Positions 39,375 to 50,649 of a stretch of 64,000 nt of DNA are shown piece by piece; position 1 is the first letter of the stretch, and each line of letters starts with the position of its first letter. Below the pieces are notes generated by a model that made no database searches, was not told the origin of the DNA, and saw only the letters and a program-made list of their open reading frames with translations. The position numbers were made by a program, and so were the translations under genes. The stretch is from NCBI RefSeq assembly GCF_054482525.1, contig NZ_CM137006.1; one strand, written 5' to 3'.

Positions 39375-40550
39375 ATGTTTGATTTCGACAAAATCATTGA
39401 GCGTCAAAGTGATAAGTGCCGTAAATGGGACCATACCTTTGTTTGCTCGCGTTTCGGTGACGTCCCGGAGTCCTTTATCCCCCTATGGATAGCCGATATG
39501 GATTTCACCTCACCACCTGCGGTGATTGACGGTTTCCGGCGCATCGTGGAGCACGGCACCTTTGGTTATACCTGGTGCTTTGACGAATTCTACGACGCGG
39601 TCATTGCCTTCCAGCGCAAACGTCATCAGGTTGAGGTGGAAAAGTCGTGGATCACGTTGACCTACGGCACCGTATCCACGCTGCACTACACGGTTCAGGC
39701 ATTCTGCAAACCGGGTGACAGCGTGATGATGAACACGCCGGTCTACGATCCTTTTGCGATGGCGGCACAGCGCCAGGGCGTGCAGGTACTGGCTAACCCG
39801 CTGCGCGTGGAGGAAAACCGCTATCAGCTTGATTTTAATCTGATAGAAGAACAGCTCAAAACCCACCGTCCAACGCTGTGGTTCTTCTGCTCGCCACATA
39901 ACCCGTCCGGCAGGATCTGGCGCGAGGAAGAAATACGCCAGGTGTCCGATCTCTGTCAACGCTACGGCACGATTCTGGTGGTCGATGAGGTTCACGCTGA
40001 ACACATTCTGGATGGCAAATTCGCCAGTTGTCTCACCTCTGGCTGTGCCGCCCAGGACAACCTGATCGTGCTCACATCGCCCAACAAAGCGTTCAATTTG
40101 GGCGGGCTGAAAACCTCCTACTCCATGATTCCAGACGACTCGCTGCGCCAGCGCTTCCGCCAGCAGCTCGAGAAGAACTCCATTACCTCGCCCAATTTGT
40201 TCGGGGTATGGGGAATCATTCTGGCCTATCAACACGGTCTGCCCTGGCTCGACGCGCTGAACGGTTATCTGCAAGGCAACGCCCGGTATCTGGCGGATGC
40301 CCTCCAGACCCACTTCCCGGCGTGGAAGATGATGAACCCGGAATCGTCGTATCTGGCGTGGATAGACGTAAGCGCGGATGAGCGTAGCGCAACGCAGCTA
40401 ACCCAACATTTCGCACGGCAGGCAGGCGTGGTCATAGAAGACGGCAGCCACTATGTACAAAACGGCGAAAACTACCTGCGGATTAATTTTGGCACCCAGC
40501 GCTACTGGCTGGAGCAGTCCATTAACCGAATGCTGAAAAATGACAAATAA
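39375..40550 (+). CDS. MalY/PatB-type PLP-dependent C-S lyase (aminotransferase class I/II fold)
   Basis: MFDFDKIIERQSDKCRKWD N-terminus typical of MalY/PatB, with PLP-lysine context TSPNKAFNLGGLK. It starts 12 nt after the PTS gene. Confidence 0.8.
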   Translation: MFDFDKIIERQSDKCRKWDHTFVCSRFGDVPESFIPLWIADMDFTSPPAVIDGFRRIVEHGTFGYTWCFDEFYDAVIAFQRKRHQVEVEKSWITLTYGTVSTLHYTVQAFCKPGDSVMMNTPVYDPFAMAAQRQGVQVLANPLRVEENRYQLDFNLIEEQLKTHRPTLWFFCSPHNPSGRIWREEEIRQVSDLCQRYGTILVVDEVHAEHILDGKFASCLTSGCAAQDNLIVLTSPNKAFNLGGLKTSYSMIPDDSLRQRFRQQLEKNSITSPNLFGVWGIILAYQHGLPWLDALNGYLQGNARYLADALQTHFPAWKMMNPESSYLAWIDVSADERSATQLTQHFARQAGVVIEDGSHYVQNGENYLRINFGTQRYWLEQSINRMLKNDK

Positions 40551-40563
40551 GGATCTTACCCCG

Positions 40564-42453
40564 ATGAAGAAAGTGCTCACTCTCTCACTGCTGGCTCTCT
40601 GCGTTTCTCATGGTGCAGCGGCAGCAAACTACGCGCTCAATAACGACAATATTGCCCTCTTGTTTGATGATACAAACTCAACGGTCGTGGTGAAGGACAA
40701 CAAGGCTAACCATCCGCTCACGCCGCAGGAGTTGTTCTTTCTGACGCTGCCGGATGAGAGTAAAATCCACACCGCGGATTTCAAAATCAAGCACGTCGAA
40801 AAGCAGGATAACGCGATTGTCATCGACTTTACGCACCCGGATTTTAACGTCACGGTGAAGCTGAACCTGGTGAAGGGAAAATACGCCAACATCGGCTACA
40901 CCATTGCCGCCGTGGGGCAGCCGCGCGACGTCGCTAAAATCACCTTCTTCCCGACCCAAAAACAGTCTCAGGCCCCTTACGTAGACGGCGCAATCAATAG
41001 CTCTCCGATCGTTGCGGACTCGTTCTTTATCCTGCCGGATAAACCGATCGTGAATACCTACGCCTATGAAGCCACCACCAATCTCAACGTAGAGCTGAAA
41101 ACGCCGATTCAGCCAGAGGCGCCGGTCAGCTTTACTACCTGGTTCGGCACTTTCCCGGAAACCAGCCAGCTGCGCCGCAGCGTGAACCAGTTTATTAATG
41201 ACGTACGTCCACGCCCATACAAGCCTTATCTGCACTACAACAGCTGGATGGATATCGGCTTTTTCACTCCCTACACTGAACAGGATGTGCTGGGGCGTAT
41301 GGACGAGTGGAACAAGGAGTTCATTACGGGCCGCGGCGTGGCGCTGGACGCCTTCCTGCTGGATGATGGCTGGGACGATCTGACCGGACGCTGGCTATTT
41401 GGCACGGCATTCAGAAACGGTTTTAGCAAAGTACGGGAGAAAGCCGACAGCCTGCACAGCTCCGTTGGGCTATGGCTTTCACCGTGGGGTGGCTACAACA
41501 AACCGCGCGACGTTCGCGTTTCGCATGCAAAAGAGTATGGGTTCGAAACCGTGGACGGCAAACTGGCGCTGTCGGGAGCGAACTACTTTAAAAACTTCAA
41601 TGAGCGGATCATCAAGCTTATCAAAAACGAGCACATCACCTCATTTAAACTCGACGGGATGGGTAACGCCAGTTCGCATATCAAAGGCAGCTCGTTCGCC
41701 TCAGATTTCGATGCATCAATCGCCCTGCTGCACAATATGCGCAGCGCAACCCCGAATCTGTTTATCAACCTGACCACCGGCACCGACGCCAGCCCGTCCT
41801 GGCTGTTCTACGCTGATTCTATCTGGCGTCAGGGAGATGACATTAACCTGTATGGTTCCGGTACGCCGGTGCAGCAGTGGATGACCTACCGCGATGCCGA
41901 GACGTACCGCTCCATTGTCCGTAAAGGCCCTCTGTTCCCGCTGAACTCGCTGATGTACCACGGGATAGTCAGCGCCGAGAATGCCTATTACGGGTTAGAG
42001 AAGGTGCAAACGGACAGCGACTTTGCCGATCAGGTCTGGAGCTACTTCGCGACCGGCACCCAGCTGCAGGAGCTGTATATTACCCCGTCCATGCTGAACA
42101 AGGTGAAGTGGGATACGCTGGCGAAGGCTGCAAAATGGTCGAAGGAAAATGCCAGCGTGCTGGTTGATACCCACTGGATTGGCGGCGACCCAACGGCGCT
42201 TGCCGTGTACGGCTGGGCATCCTGGAGCAAAGACAAAGCCATTCTCGGTTTGCGCAACCCATCGGATAAGCCACAGGCCTACTATCTGGATTTGGCTAAG
42301 GATTTCGAAATACCGACAGGAGACGTGGCGCAGTTTAGTCTGAAAGCGGTATACGGCAGCAATAAAACCGTGCCCGTTGAGTATAAAAACGCGACGGTGA
42401 TTACGTTGCAGCCGCTGGAAACGCTGGTGTTTGAGGCGGTGCCCGTTAACTAA
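40564..42453 (+). CDS. Secreted glycoside hydrolase, alpha-galactosidase-like (clan GH-D)
   Basis: Signal peptide MKKVLTLSLLALCVSHGAAAA from the ATG at 40564. FLLDDGWDD and SFKLDGMG motifs resemble the melibiase-type catalytic core. Confidence 0.65.
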   Translation: MKKVLTLSLLALCVSHGAAAANYALNNDNIALLFDDTNSTVVVKDNKANHPLTPQELFFLTLPDESKIHTADFKIKHVEKQDNAIVIDFTHPDFNVTVKLNLVKGKYANIGYTIAAVGQPRDVAKITFFPTQKQSQAPYVDGAINSSPIVADSFFILPDKPIVNTYAYEATTNLNVELKTPIQPEAPVSFTTWFGTFPETSQLRRSVNQFINDVRPRPYKPYLHYNSWMDIGFFTPYTEQDVLGRMDEWNKEFITGRGVALDAFLLDDGWDDLTGRWLFGTAFRNGFSKVREKADSLHSSVGLWLSPWGGYNKPRDVRVSHAKEYGFETVDGKLALSGANYFKNFNERIIKLIKNEHITSFKLDGMGNASSHIKGSSFASDFDASIALLHNMRSATPNLFINLTTGTDASPSWLFYADSIWRQGDDINLYGSGTPVQQWMTYRDAETYRSIVRKGPLFPLNSLMYHGIVSAENAYYGLEKVQTDSDFADQVWSYFATGTQLQELYITPSMLNKVKWDTLAKAAKWSKENASVLVDTHWIGGDPTALAVYGWASWSKDKAILGLRNPSDKPQAYYLDLAKDFEIPTGDVAQFSLKAVYGSNKTVPVEYKNATVITLQPLETLVFEAVPVN

Positions 42454-42519
42454 ACGCTTGTCCCAATGAGCAGACCGGGTAAGGCGCAAGCGCCACCCGG
42501 CAAAACCGGCAGCAGGGGC

Positions 42520-42900
42520 TTATTCCCCCTGCTGTTCCAGCGCATACTTATACAACGCATTCTTCTTCACTCCGTGGATTTCTGCCGCCAACGCCGCCGC
42601 TTGCTTCAACGGCAGCTCAGCCTACAACAGCGCCAGCGTACGCAGCGCATCGGCGGGCAGTTCGTCATCCTGGGCTTTATGGCCTTCAATAATCAGCACC
42701 ATCTCGCCTTTGCGAGGGTTTTCATCTTCTTTGATCCACGCCAGCAGTTCGCCGACCGACGTGCCGTGGATGGTTCCCAGGCGGGTGTTCATCACATAAC
42801 GGTATAGGGCATCATTCAGCGGAGCCATTAACAGGCAGCACGCGTCAACCCAGTTGGAGAGTAACGCCGTCATTGGGTTATTTCTTTCCATAAAAATACG
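42520..42900 (-). pseudogene. rsmI: 3-prime fragment of a 16S rRNA 2-prime-O-methyltransferase gene (rsmI/yraL-like) with an in-frame stop
   Basis: The minus frame reads …[83 protein letters not shown]. There is a TAG at 42622-42624. It matches the RsmI C-terminus as I recall it, and the N-terminal ~160 codons are absent. Confidence 0.7.
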
Positions 42901-42932
42901 CAAACATGCCCCATACCTCCTGTTCCAACAGC

Positions 42933-44369
42933 TCAACCTTTCTTAATCATTGCCGAAATTGCGCCACAGTCATGAAACTTATCAAAACCAGTGGTGCCTT
43001 TGATATATTCAGTAACCAGAGTACCAATAATCTTAACCGTTTCTTTGTTCGTTGTGATAAAGCCCAGTGGCATCGTTACAGGCAATATTTCGGGTTGAGA
43101 AATATGATAGATAACGGCAGATAACTCATCCTCAAGATGAAGGATCTCAACATTACCATCTAACAGCCCCTCAACTAGTCCTTTAGCGTACTCATGGAAT
43201 TGCCCAAGTTCATACTTCCACTGTCTGGCAACCCGAGCATCAGCTGCATCCCGGACAGGTACGTACAGCACCGGTTTATACAGCTGCTTATCCTTCGTAG
43301 CCGACTTGCTAAGAAAATTGCTCAGGCTTGAGATAAATCGAATGCTTTTTGACCAGTAGGGATCTGATGGTGCCACCCAGATGAACGGGCTACCTCCATA
43401 ATCAGTTTTATCTCTGATACGCTGATTGAGCGCTGGTGCCAGAGCTTTCTGCAGCTTTTCCCAGTTGTTTTTAGAATAAACCGGACCTAAAAAAGTCGTT
43501 CTGCCTGAGGACGAGTATTCTTCCAGTGCTTGCATATCTTTGATAAACAACGGATTAAGTCGATTCGTTTTAGAGTCAAACAGCTTAAGCGTAAGGTCAT
43601 CGTTAATGGATTGCATGGCCTTAAAAATACTCATGGTATTGTTATGCCGTGATAACCTGGCTATCTCAACAGCCATTAACTCATGAACACATTCCGAACT
43701 ATTTAACTGTTCATAGTCTTCACGCTCGACAGCCTTACCATCGCTATCCATTTTAAATTCCGTTGTTAAACGGAGTGGTATTTGCCGCAGCTTATTAACA
43801 GAATTAACGGTATAGATAGAAGGTTGTTCTTTTCCGACCTGAACCTGCAGGTGAGACAGGTAACCTTTATCCAGGATTTGATTAAACTGGTATTGAAAGT
43901 GCTTCTCAACCAGTTTCTCACTTTGAGAAATGTTGTTGTCATCAACCTTTAATGTTACCCCTCCCCTCCAGTGGTCCTGAAAAGCCTGGTTGCTGAAGCA
44001 ACTAAATGTGGCTAAATCAAAGGATAAGGTACAGCCACTGTCCTGAATAGTTGAAAGATGCGGTATCTCGCCAACCTCTGAAAAATAGCCATTTGATTTG
44101 TCTGTTAAGGCCAGTCTGCCGTCTGAGGAGAGCGTCAATTCGCCACGCTGCACAAGATCGGAAATCGCCTCCTCTGTCTCACGGTGGGTCAGGCCGAAAT
44201 AGGTTGCTATTTGTGCTTTGCTCATCGAAGCTACATGAACAAGTCTCAGCACAAACTCCCGGATAAATGGCAGCCCCTTCTGGGAAACATAGGAAAACTG
44301 AATGTTAAACCTCTGTGCTGGCAGCAGGAAGTCAACCTCATGATAGGTAACTTTGTTATCAGATATCAT
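42933..44369 (-). CDS. Hypothetical 478-aa protein with N-terminal winged-helix-like domain; partner of the NERD-kinase-helicase gene
   Basis: Its ATG (44369) overlaps the upstream gene's TGA (ATGA at 44366-44369). Residues ~45-95 ([41 protein letters not shown]) look like a MarR-type wHTH. The rest is unassigned. Confidence 0.75.
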   Translation of the reverse strand: MISDNKVTYHEVDFLLPAQRFNIQFSYVSQKGLPFIREFVLRLVHVASMSKAQIATYFGLTHRETEEAISDLVQRGELTLSSDGRLALTDKSNGYFSEVGEIPHLSTIQDSGCTLSFDLATFSCFSNQAFQDHWRGGVTLKVDDNNISQSEKLVEKHFQYQFNQILDKGYLSHLQVQVGKEQPSIYTVNSVNKLRQIPLRLTTEFKMDSDGKAVEREDYEQLNSSECVHELMAVEIARLSRHNNTMSIFKAMQSINDDLTLKLFDSKTNRLNPLFIKDMQALEEYSSSGRTTFLGPVYSKNNWEKLQKALAPALNQRIRDKTDYGGSPFIWVAPSDPYWSKSIRFISSLSNFLSKSATKDKQLYKPVLYVPVRDAADARVARQWKYELGQFHEYAKGLVEGLLDGNVEILHLEDELSAVIYHISQPEILPVTMPLGFITTNKETVKIIGTLVTEYIKGTTGFDKFHDCGAISAMIKKG

Positions 44370-47300
44370 TTCTTTTTGCCTCCCTGCTGAGCAGAGAGGA
44401 ACCTGTATCCAGCTTCCTGACCTCGCTCAGCCATATAACTTACAACGTAGCCTAATGGCAATTCTTTATTGTTTCCCTTCCAGATATCGGCATTACCCAC
44501 AATCAACAGTCGATCCATTGCGCGTGACATCGCGACATTTATACGGTTTGGAACGCGTAAGAAACCTGGGCTATGCTGCTTATCCGAACGCGTCAGTGAC
44601 AGGATAATGATCCGATTTTCCTTTCCCTGATAACTGTCAACAGTGTCAATTTTAACAATGTCCTTAAATCCCTCGCTCCAGATTTCCTGATTGAATTTCT
44701 GACGGAGTAACCGCTTTTGTTCGGCATACATACATATCACGCCGATAGCGGCTTCATCTTTGCTAACAAGTTTTGAAAGCTTAGCGACAAATTCTTCATT
44801 CTCTGACACCTGTTTAAGAACAGAAATAATCTCGTCAGCTTCACATCGGTTGTAAATGCTTGTTCCGCGATCTTCAAGATGATGTGCTCGGTGGCCCTGA
44901 TTAGCAGTATCAAGCCAGGTTACAACGCTACGTAACGCTTCCGGAGCTTGCTGATAGACATCCGGAATTGCCCGTACTCCATTCAGAAGCTTCCCGTCAT
45001 AAAACGTCTTCGATACGAGATTACCAATCGGTGGAGCCATACGATACTGGGTCATCAAAGCTGCACTCGTCTGCGCACCATAAGCAGAGTTGAAGGCTCG
45101 GGCAAAGTCACTTCGTAATACCTCGTCAATTTCAGTGCGGGAGTTATTGATACCCAGCTTCCTCGCTAATGCCGCCTTGTGGGCATCTGAGTACAATGGA
45201 GGAAGCTGCATGTGGTCACCCACCAACAGGACACGCCGGGCTGACTGCATTGCAATGGCCAGCTCACTTGAAATCGAGCGCGCCGCCTCATCAATAATCA
45301 CCCAGTCATAGATATTCTCCTGAATGCCAATGTGCCCTTGTCCAATACCAACGCATGTGCCAGCCACTAACTGCCTGGAGCGCGAATAAAACTCGTCCAG
45401 GTTCACTCGCTCTCCCGACATAGCATCCTGCATATCACGGGATATTTTAGCTAATGCTTTTACTCGTCTTGCCTCATCAGGTCTGACACCATACTCTGTA
45501 CATAGCTTGGAAATCAGAATGTCTTTTGCTGCTGAGACCTTCACGCCATTGTCCAAGTTAATCCCATACTCCTGACTCAGCTTAGAGCGGATGGAAAAAT
45601 CGAGTTCGACTGCAATATCTTTCAGTTCATTGCTCTCATTTGAATCCGTTAAATTGTTAACCTGATAGAGCAATTTCTCAAGGTGATCGATTTGTCTGAA
45701 CAAATTGAGCTCTGCAAGAACAACACCCGAAATAAATCCCGGCTCAAGACCAATAGCTTCACTCAATGCTTCAACACGGTACTTAATTTCAGCATTGAAG
45801 AGTTCGCGCTTCTCTGTTGTGATTGCGTGTGAGTACACATCTTTTAAGCCAGGGGAAACGGCTCCCTCTCGGTTGCTGAACCTGACAACGTCCAACTCTG
45901 TACCAAGCCGGGAACAATGCTTTCTGATACGCTCGGCCGCTGTATTCACAGCCTCGTGTGACTGGCTGACCAGTAAAATGCGTTTGGTATTCTGTTTCTC
46001 GATCAGGTAGTGAACAAAGGCCGCGATGAACTCGGTTTTACCGGTCCCCGGTGGCCCCTGAAGCAGGGAGAGAGGGCCATTATTGACCAGTTTGTTAAAC
46101 GCCTTTCTTTGCTGTTCATTCAGACTGATCTTGTTTCCGTGCTGATCTTCACGGTCGTATCTGGCAAAATCGGTATCGCTGAGAGTGATACCATAATTTT
46201 GAGCCGCCTGTTTGCAGGATGGATCGAACAAGTCAATTAAGTCAGGCAGCACACTTTCTCGATCTAGGAGACGTTCCAGTGCGCGTTTACGTTTCTGATA
46301 AGATGCACGAGTCGGCCTTGTACGGAAGAAGACAATATCAGAATCCTTCAGCTTGAAGGCTGCTGAACTAACTTTGACAAGACGAATCTCTTTGAGCTCT
46401 GACTTCTTAAGTGACACTTCACCAATAAATCGCTCAACACCTTCCTGATCGACCTGTAAGGCTTCGACTTCATCACTACTTCTGAAAGCACCGAGTGGAT
46501 CAACATCAGCAGAGTAAGGGAGAAGAAGCTCTCCATGAGCATCTGCAACCGGGACCACTTCACCGCTGATTTCAATGTTTGGATAAGATTCTGTTTCAGT
46601 ATCCAGAATGGCGCGCCACAGTTTCACTGTTGGGATTTCCAGCACTTCTCTTAAAGAAGGTTCAAGCGTCTGCTTATCAAGCCTTGCAAAGGTATCTTTT
46701 AGCTGAAGCGTAAGTGGCTCTTGTACCTGAACATCTTCAGTTGCGGCAATCAACTCGATTGCCCGCGCAAAAGATTCTTCTTCATTAAGCAATACTGTCA
46801 ACGCCGACAGATCCTGCGGACTGCCGGGAATAATCTTGATGCCAGTATCAATTTCGAACTGGCTTTCATCAATATCTTGCTTACGAATTGTGACGCGAGC
46901 CCGTGGCCTGAAGCCATGAACCAGCGTCTTCTGATCTTTGTTGAACACCGCAGTAAAACTGCCACCAATCCCAGAGAAAGTCACATTTACTTCAGCTGGC
47001 GCTTTAGGATTTGACTTAACTTTGACATACAGATGCCCGTTATCAGGCAGAATAGAGATTATTTCATCGGCATTTCCTGCAGTAATCTCTATCAGGTCTT
47101 GTTCTGGCACCAGGTCATTACTATCTATCGCTTTTTTAAAGCGGCCTAAATCCTTAAACCCAAAAACCGGATCTTCCAGCTCTGCTCGGATAGCATTCGC
47201 GATTGTCGGATAAATGTCTGATTCCAGCCCCCATGACATGCCTAGCAACTCGCAGGACATCTTCATCACTGCATAGTTGTCACGTTCAAAAGAAGTACAA

Positions 47301-47682
47301 TTATCAATGTATTCAGGGCTGTAACTGTGATTTTTAGGTTCGTCACCGGACGGTGAAAAATCGGGGATATCGATGAGAAAAAGCAAACGGCTCTGTGTCT
47401 CAAATATCACATTGCCAGGGTGGATGTCCCCGTGAGAAACACCCAGACCATGTAAGTGCTCAACGGCGGCGACAAACTTACCAATGAGGTCGATTTTTTC
47501 ATCATCGGGGACCGCTATTTTATCCCAGGTTTCTCCCTGTACCTGATCCGTGACCATATATAGGCTTGATGATTTTGATGCGATACCGAATTCACGAATT
47601 TGAGGTAGATACGTTGTTTTAACTGAAGAAAGCCGCTCAACCTGCTTTAAAAACTTCAGAACCTGGAAATTAATTGACGGAT
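44366..47682 (-). pseudogene. C-terminal 1105 codons of an IS-split NERD / kinase-like / APH-type kinase / SF1 helicase gene
   Basis: The frame is open from the IS629 boundary. It holds the kinase catalytic segment VSHGDIHPGNVIF…LFLIDIPDF. Helicase motifs follow: LLQGPPGTGKTEF, VIIDEAARS, LVGDHMQLPP, TQYRMAPPIGN, TVDSYQGKENRIIILSLTRS and NVAMSRAMDRLLIVGN (Upf1/DNA2-like). Confidence 0.85.
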
Positions 47683-47736
47683 TGAACCGCCCCGGGAATC
47701 CTGGAGACTAAACTCCCTGAGAAAGAGGTAAACAGG

Positions 47737-48063
47737 ATGACTAAAAATACTCGTTTTTCCCCCGAAGTCCGTCAGAGGGCGATTCGTATGGTTCTGGAAA
47801 GTCAGGGCGAATATGACTCACAGTGGGCGGCAATTTGTTCCATTGCCCCAAAGATTGGCTGTACACCGGAGACTCTGCGTGTCTGGGTACGCCAGCATGA
47901 GCGGGATACCGGAGGCGGTGATGGCGGGCTCACCACCGCTGAACGTCAGCGTCTGAAAGAGCTGGAACGTGAAAATCGTGAACTGCGCCGCAGTAACGAT
48001 ATCCTTCGCCAGGCTTCCGCTTATTTTGCGAAGGCGGAGTTCGACCGCCTCTGGAAAAAATGA
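47737..48063 (+). CDS. IS629 OrfA (HTH transposase subunit)
   Basis: A 108-aa ORF ([26 protein letters not shown]…) with a leucine-zipper-like C-terminus. It overlaps orfB (ATGA at 48060-48063). Confidence 0.9.
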   Translation: MTKNTRFSPEVRQRAIRMVLESQGEYDSQWAAICSIAPKIGCTPETLRVWVRQHERDTGGGDGGLTTAERQRLKELERENRELRRSNDILRQASAYFAKAEFDRLWKK

Positions 48064-48950
48064 TGCCACTGCTGGATAAGCTGCGTGAGCAGTACGGGGT
48101 CGGACCGCTATGCAGCGAACTGCATATTGCCCCGTCAACGTATTACCACTGTCAGCAACAGCGACATCATCCGGATAAACGCAGTGCCCGTGCGCAGCGC
48201 GATGACTGGCTGAAGAAAGAGATACAGCGCGTATACGATGAAAATCATCAGGTGTACGGTGTGCGTAAAGTCTGGCGTCAGTTGTTACGGGAAGGTATCA
48301 GAGTGGCCAGATGCACTGTGGCACGTCTCATGGCGGTTATGGGACTTGCCGGTGTTCTCCGGGGTAAAAAGGTCCGTACGACCATCAGCCGGAAAGCCGT
48401 TGCCGCAGGCGACCGCGTAAACCGTCAGTTCGTGGCAGAACGACCTGACCAGCTGTGGGTGGCTGATTTTACTTACGTCAGCACATGGCGGGGCTTCGTC
48501 TATGTGGCGTTCATCATTGATGTGTTTGCCGGATACATCGTGGGGTGGCGGGTCTCATCGTCTATGGAAACGACATTCGTGCTGGATGCTCTGGAGCAGG
48601 CGTTATGGGCCCGTCAACCGTCCGGCACAGTCCATCACAGTGATAAAGGTTCTCAGTATGTATCGCTGGCCTACACACAGCGGCTTAAGGAAGCCGGATT
48701 ACTGGCATCAACAGGAAGTACTGGTGACTCGTATGACAACGCGATGGCGGAGAGCATCAATGGCCTTTACAAAGCGGAGGTAATACACCGTAAGAGCTGG
48801 AAAAACCGGACAGAAGTGGAGCTGGCCACACTCACGTGGGTGGACTGGTATAACAATCGACGATTGCTGGAAAGGCTGGGCCATATCCCACCGGCAGAAG
48901 CAGAAAAAGCTTATTATGCTTCCATCGGAAACGATGATCTGGCAGCCTGA
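48060..48950 (+). CDS. IS629 OrfB (DDE integrase-core transposase)
   Basis: A 296-aa ORF with …WVADFTYV…[11 protein letters not shown]…[17 protein letters not shown]…. Confidence 0.9.
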   Translation: MMPLLDKLREQYGVGPLCSELHIAPSTYYHCQQQRHHPDKRSARAQRDDWLKKEIQRVYDENHQVYGVRKVWRQLLREGIRVARCTVARLMAVMGLAGVLRGKKVRTTISRKAVAAGDRVNRQFVAERPDQLWVADFTYVSTWRGFVYVAFIIDVFAGYIVGWRVSSSMETTFVLDALEQALWARQPSGTVHHSDKGSQYVSLAYTQRLKEAGLLASTGSTGDSYDNAMAESINGLYKAEVIHRKSWKNRTEVELATLTWVDWYNNRRLLERLGHIPPAEAEKAYYASIGNDDLAA

Positions 48951-48992
48951 GTTCACAGATAAAACACTCTCCAGGAAACCCGGGGCGGTTCA

Positions 48993-50649
48993 GATCGTAT
49001 CCCTGTCCCCCAACATTCAGCCAAGCCTTCACGAGCCTTCCTTTCGAGATATAGACTTCTTTGTCGACTGTTTCGACCTGAAACTGAAAGCCATCGTCTT
49101 CCGGGTATTGACGAGCGTGATTGATAGCATGTCGGTAAGGGTCAAGCTCAGTATCATCAAATGTTGGAATATCCTTGCCAGCAGGTTCGGCTTGTTTCAG
49201 GGCATCAAAGAATTCTGTTGCAGAAGTGAATTTTGCGGCAACGGCATCCCGTAATACAGATGAATACCAGTGCTGGCTGTTTAGCATGTTGTCCTGTACT
49301 TTCTCCAGACTCTTTGGCGACATGCGCATACCGCTAAATAAGTGCCAGGCGACAAGGCCCAGAGTATGAACATCTTGCTGAAAAGGCGTAAGCTCGCCCT
49401 TATCAAGCATGTCTTTTACGTGGACTGCACCTACGGATAAAAGCTTACGGTAATCGCCAACCGTTCCGGCTGGCTGGTGGTAAGCCGAAATAAAGTTCGA
49501 AAGAGCAACTTCTTTTGAAGGTGAAATCCACAGACTGTGATCGGCGACATCCCTGTGCGCAATTTTCATCTCATGGAGATCACTAAACTTTGCAATGAGC
49601 AGTTTCACCACATTCAAGCGGTCCATATCAGAAAAGTTCTTACCATATTTTCCGATAAACTCATTAAACCGGACATGACCCGGCGGAACTTCGTAGACTT
49701 CGCTATACTCGGCCGTCACCTCGTCTTTCTGAAAACTCGTCAAAGACCTGAGACAGTGGTTATACAGGTCACGATTCTGGTGATTGATGTGCTGTAACAC
49801 TTCGCGCTCACGTGAAACAATCTGAGCTCGTCCTTCCGGGGTATTCGCTTTCGTTCCCGTTATATTTCTAAAATTCCATACTCTGAGTAGCGCTTCGCTG
49901 TTCGTTGATATCTCAGATTTTGCCAGATATTCTCGATACACCTTTTTAGGATGTTCGAAAATCATATCATTAGCTTCATAGCCATTAACTCTCAAGGCTT
50001 TTGGTGCCGTCTGAGGCCCTAGGAACAAATCATCGAAAAGATGGAAATCCTTGTTAAGAACCTTGGTAGCTGGGTGCGGTTTGAAATAGTTATTGAAGCT
50101 CCCGCGATCGGCAAACTTCAGGAAATCTTTTAACGAGATCGTATGGCGCCGTTGTTCCTCCGGCAGCGCGCTGAAATCTGCATTGCCGGTCATCACAACA
50201 AAAAAATGAACAATCGGGATATAGCCTTTGTTCGTAAAACGGTCTACCAGACGCTTGAGTTTTTTGTCCAGCATGAATTTTTTGCTACGAGTCACGCTTA
50301 CTGGCGAGCGCCCCATGTTCTTATCACCTTTAAACCAAGTATCTCCGCGTGCGGTTACAGGCTGATGGTTCCAGTCTTTCAGTTCAACAATGATCACGTT
50401 GCAGTGTGTTACAATAACTAAATCGAATTCCCCCTCTTTTTTTGCCTCAACAAATCGAAAACCTGCATAACCTTTCCAAGGGAACATTTCATTGCCGATA
50501 AAACCATAGCTTTTTAGCTGCTCACTAATTGAACCGCTACGGAAAGGCTTGTCAGGCTTAGATACGTTGACTGAAAAAGCAGCTTTTATTTTCTCGATAG
50601 CCAATACTTCCTGTTCTTGTAAGCCACCATCCCACATTTCTACTTCCAA
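48993..50649 (-). pseudogene. N-terminal 552 codons of the IS-split gene: NERD domain plus degenerate kinase-like domain plus start of second kinase domain
   Basis: TTG start at 50649, 7 nt after aaggag (alternative ATG at 50637). NERD signature EGEFDLVIVTHCNVIIVELKDW…GRSPV. The kinase-like segment IAHRDVADHSLWI lacks the usual Asn and DFG Asp. The frame runs into IS629 after …LNVGGQGYD. Confidence 0.85.

Larger units (their letters stand above)
47683..48992 (+). mobile_element. IS629/IS1203-type IS3-family element, complete (1310 bp) with 3-bp target duplication
   Basis: The left end tgaaccgccccgggaatcctggagac and the right end …ccaggaaacccggggcggttca are inverted repeats. It is flanked by gat (47680-47682) and gat (48993-48995). 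Confidence 0.9.

Noticed and set aside
39510-40313. A 267-aa minus-strand ORF inside the MalY-like gene (similar cases at 40678-41235 and 41995-42489 inside the hydrolase gene)
   Set aside because: These are antisense shadows of genes with clear family motifs on the plus strand.
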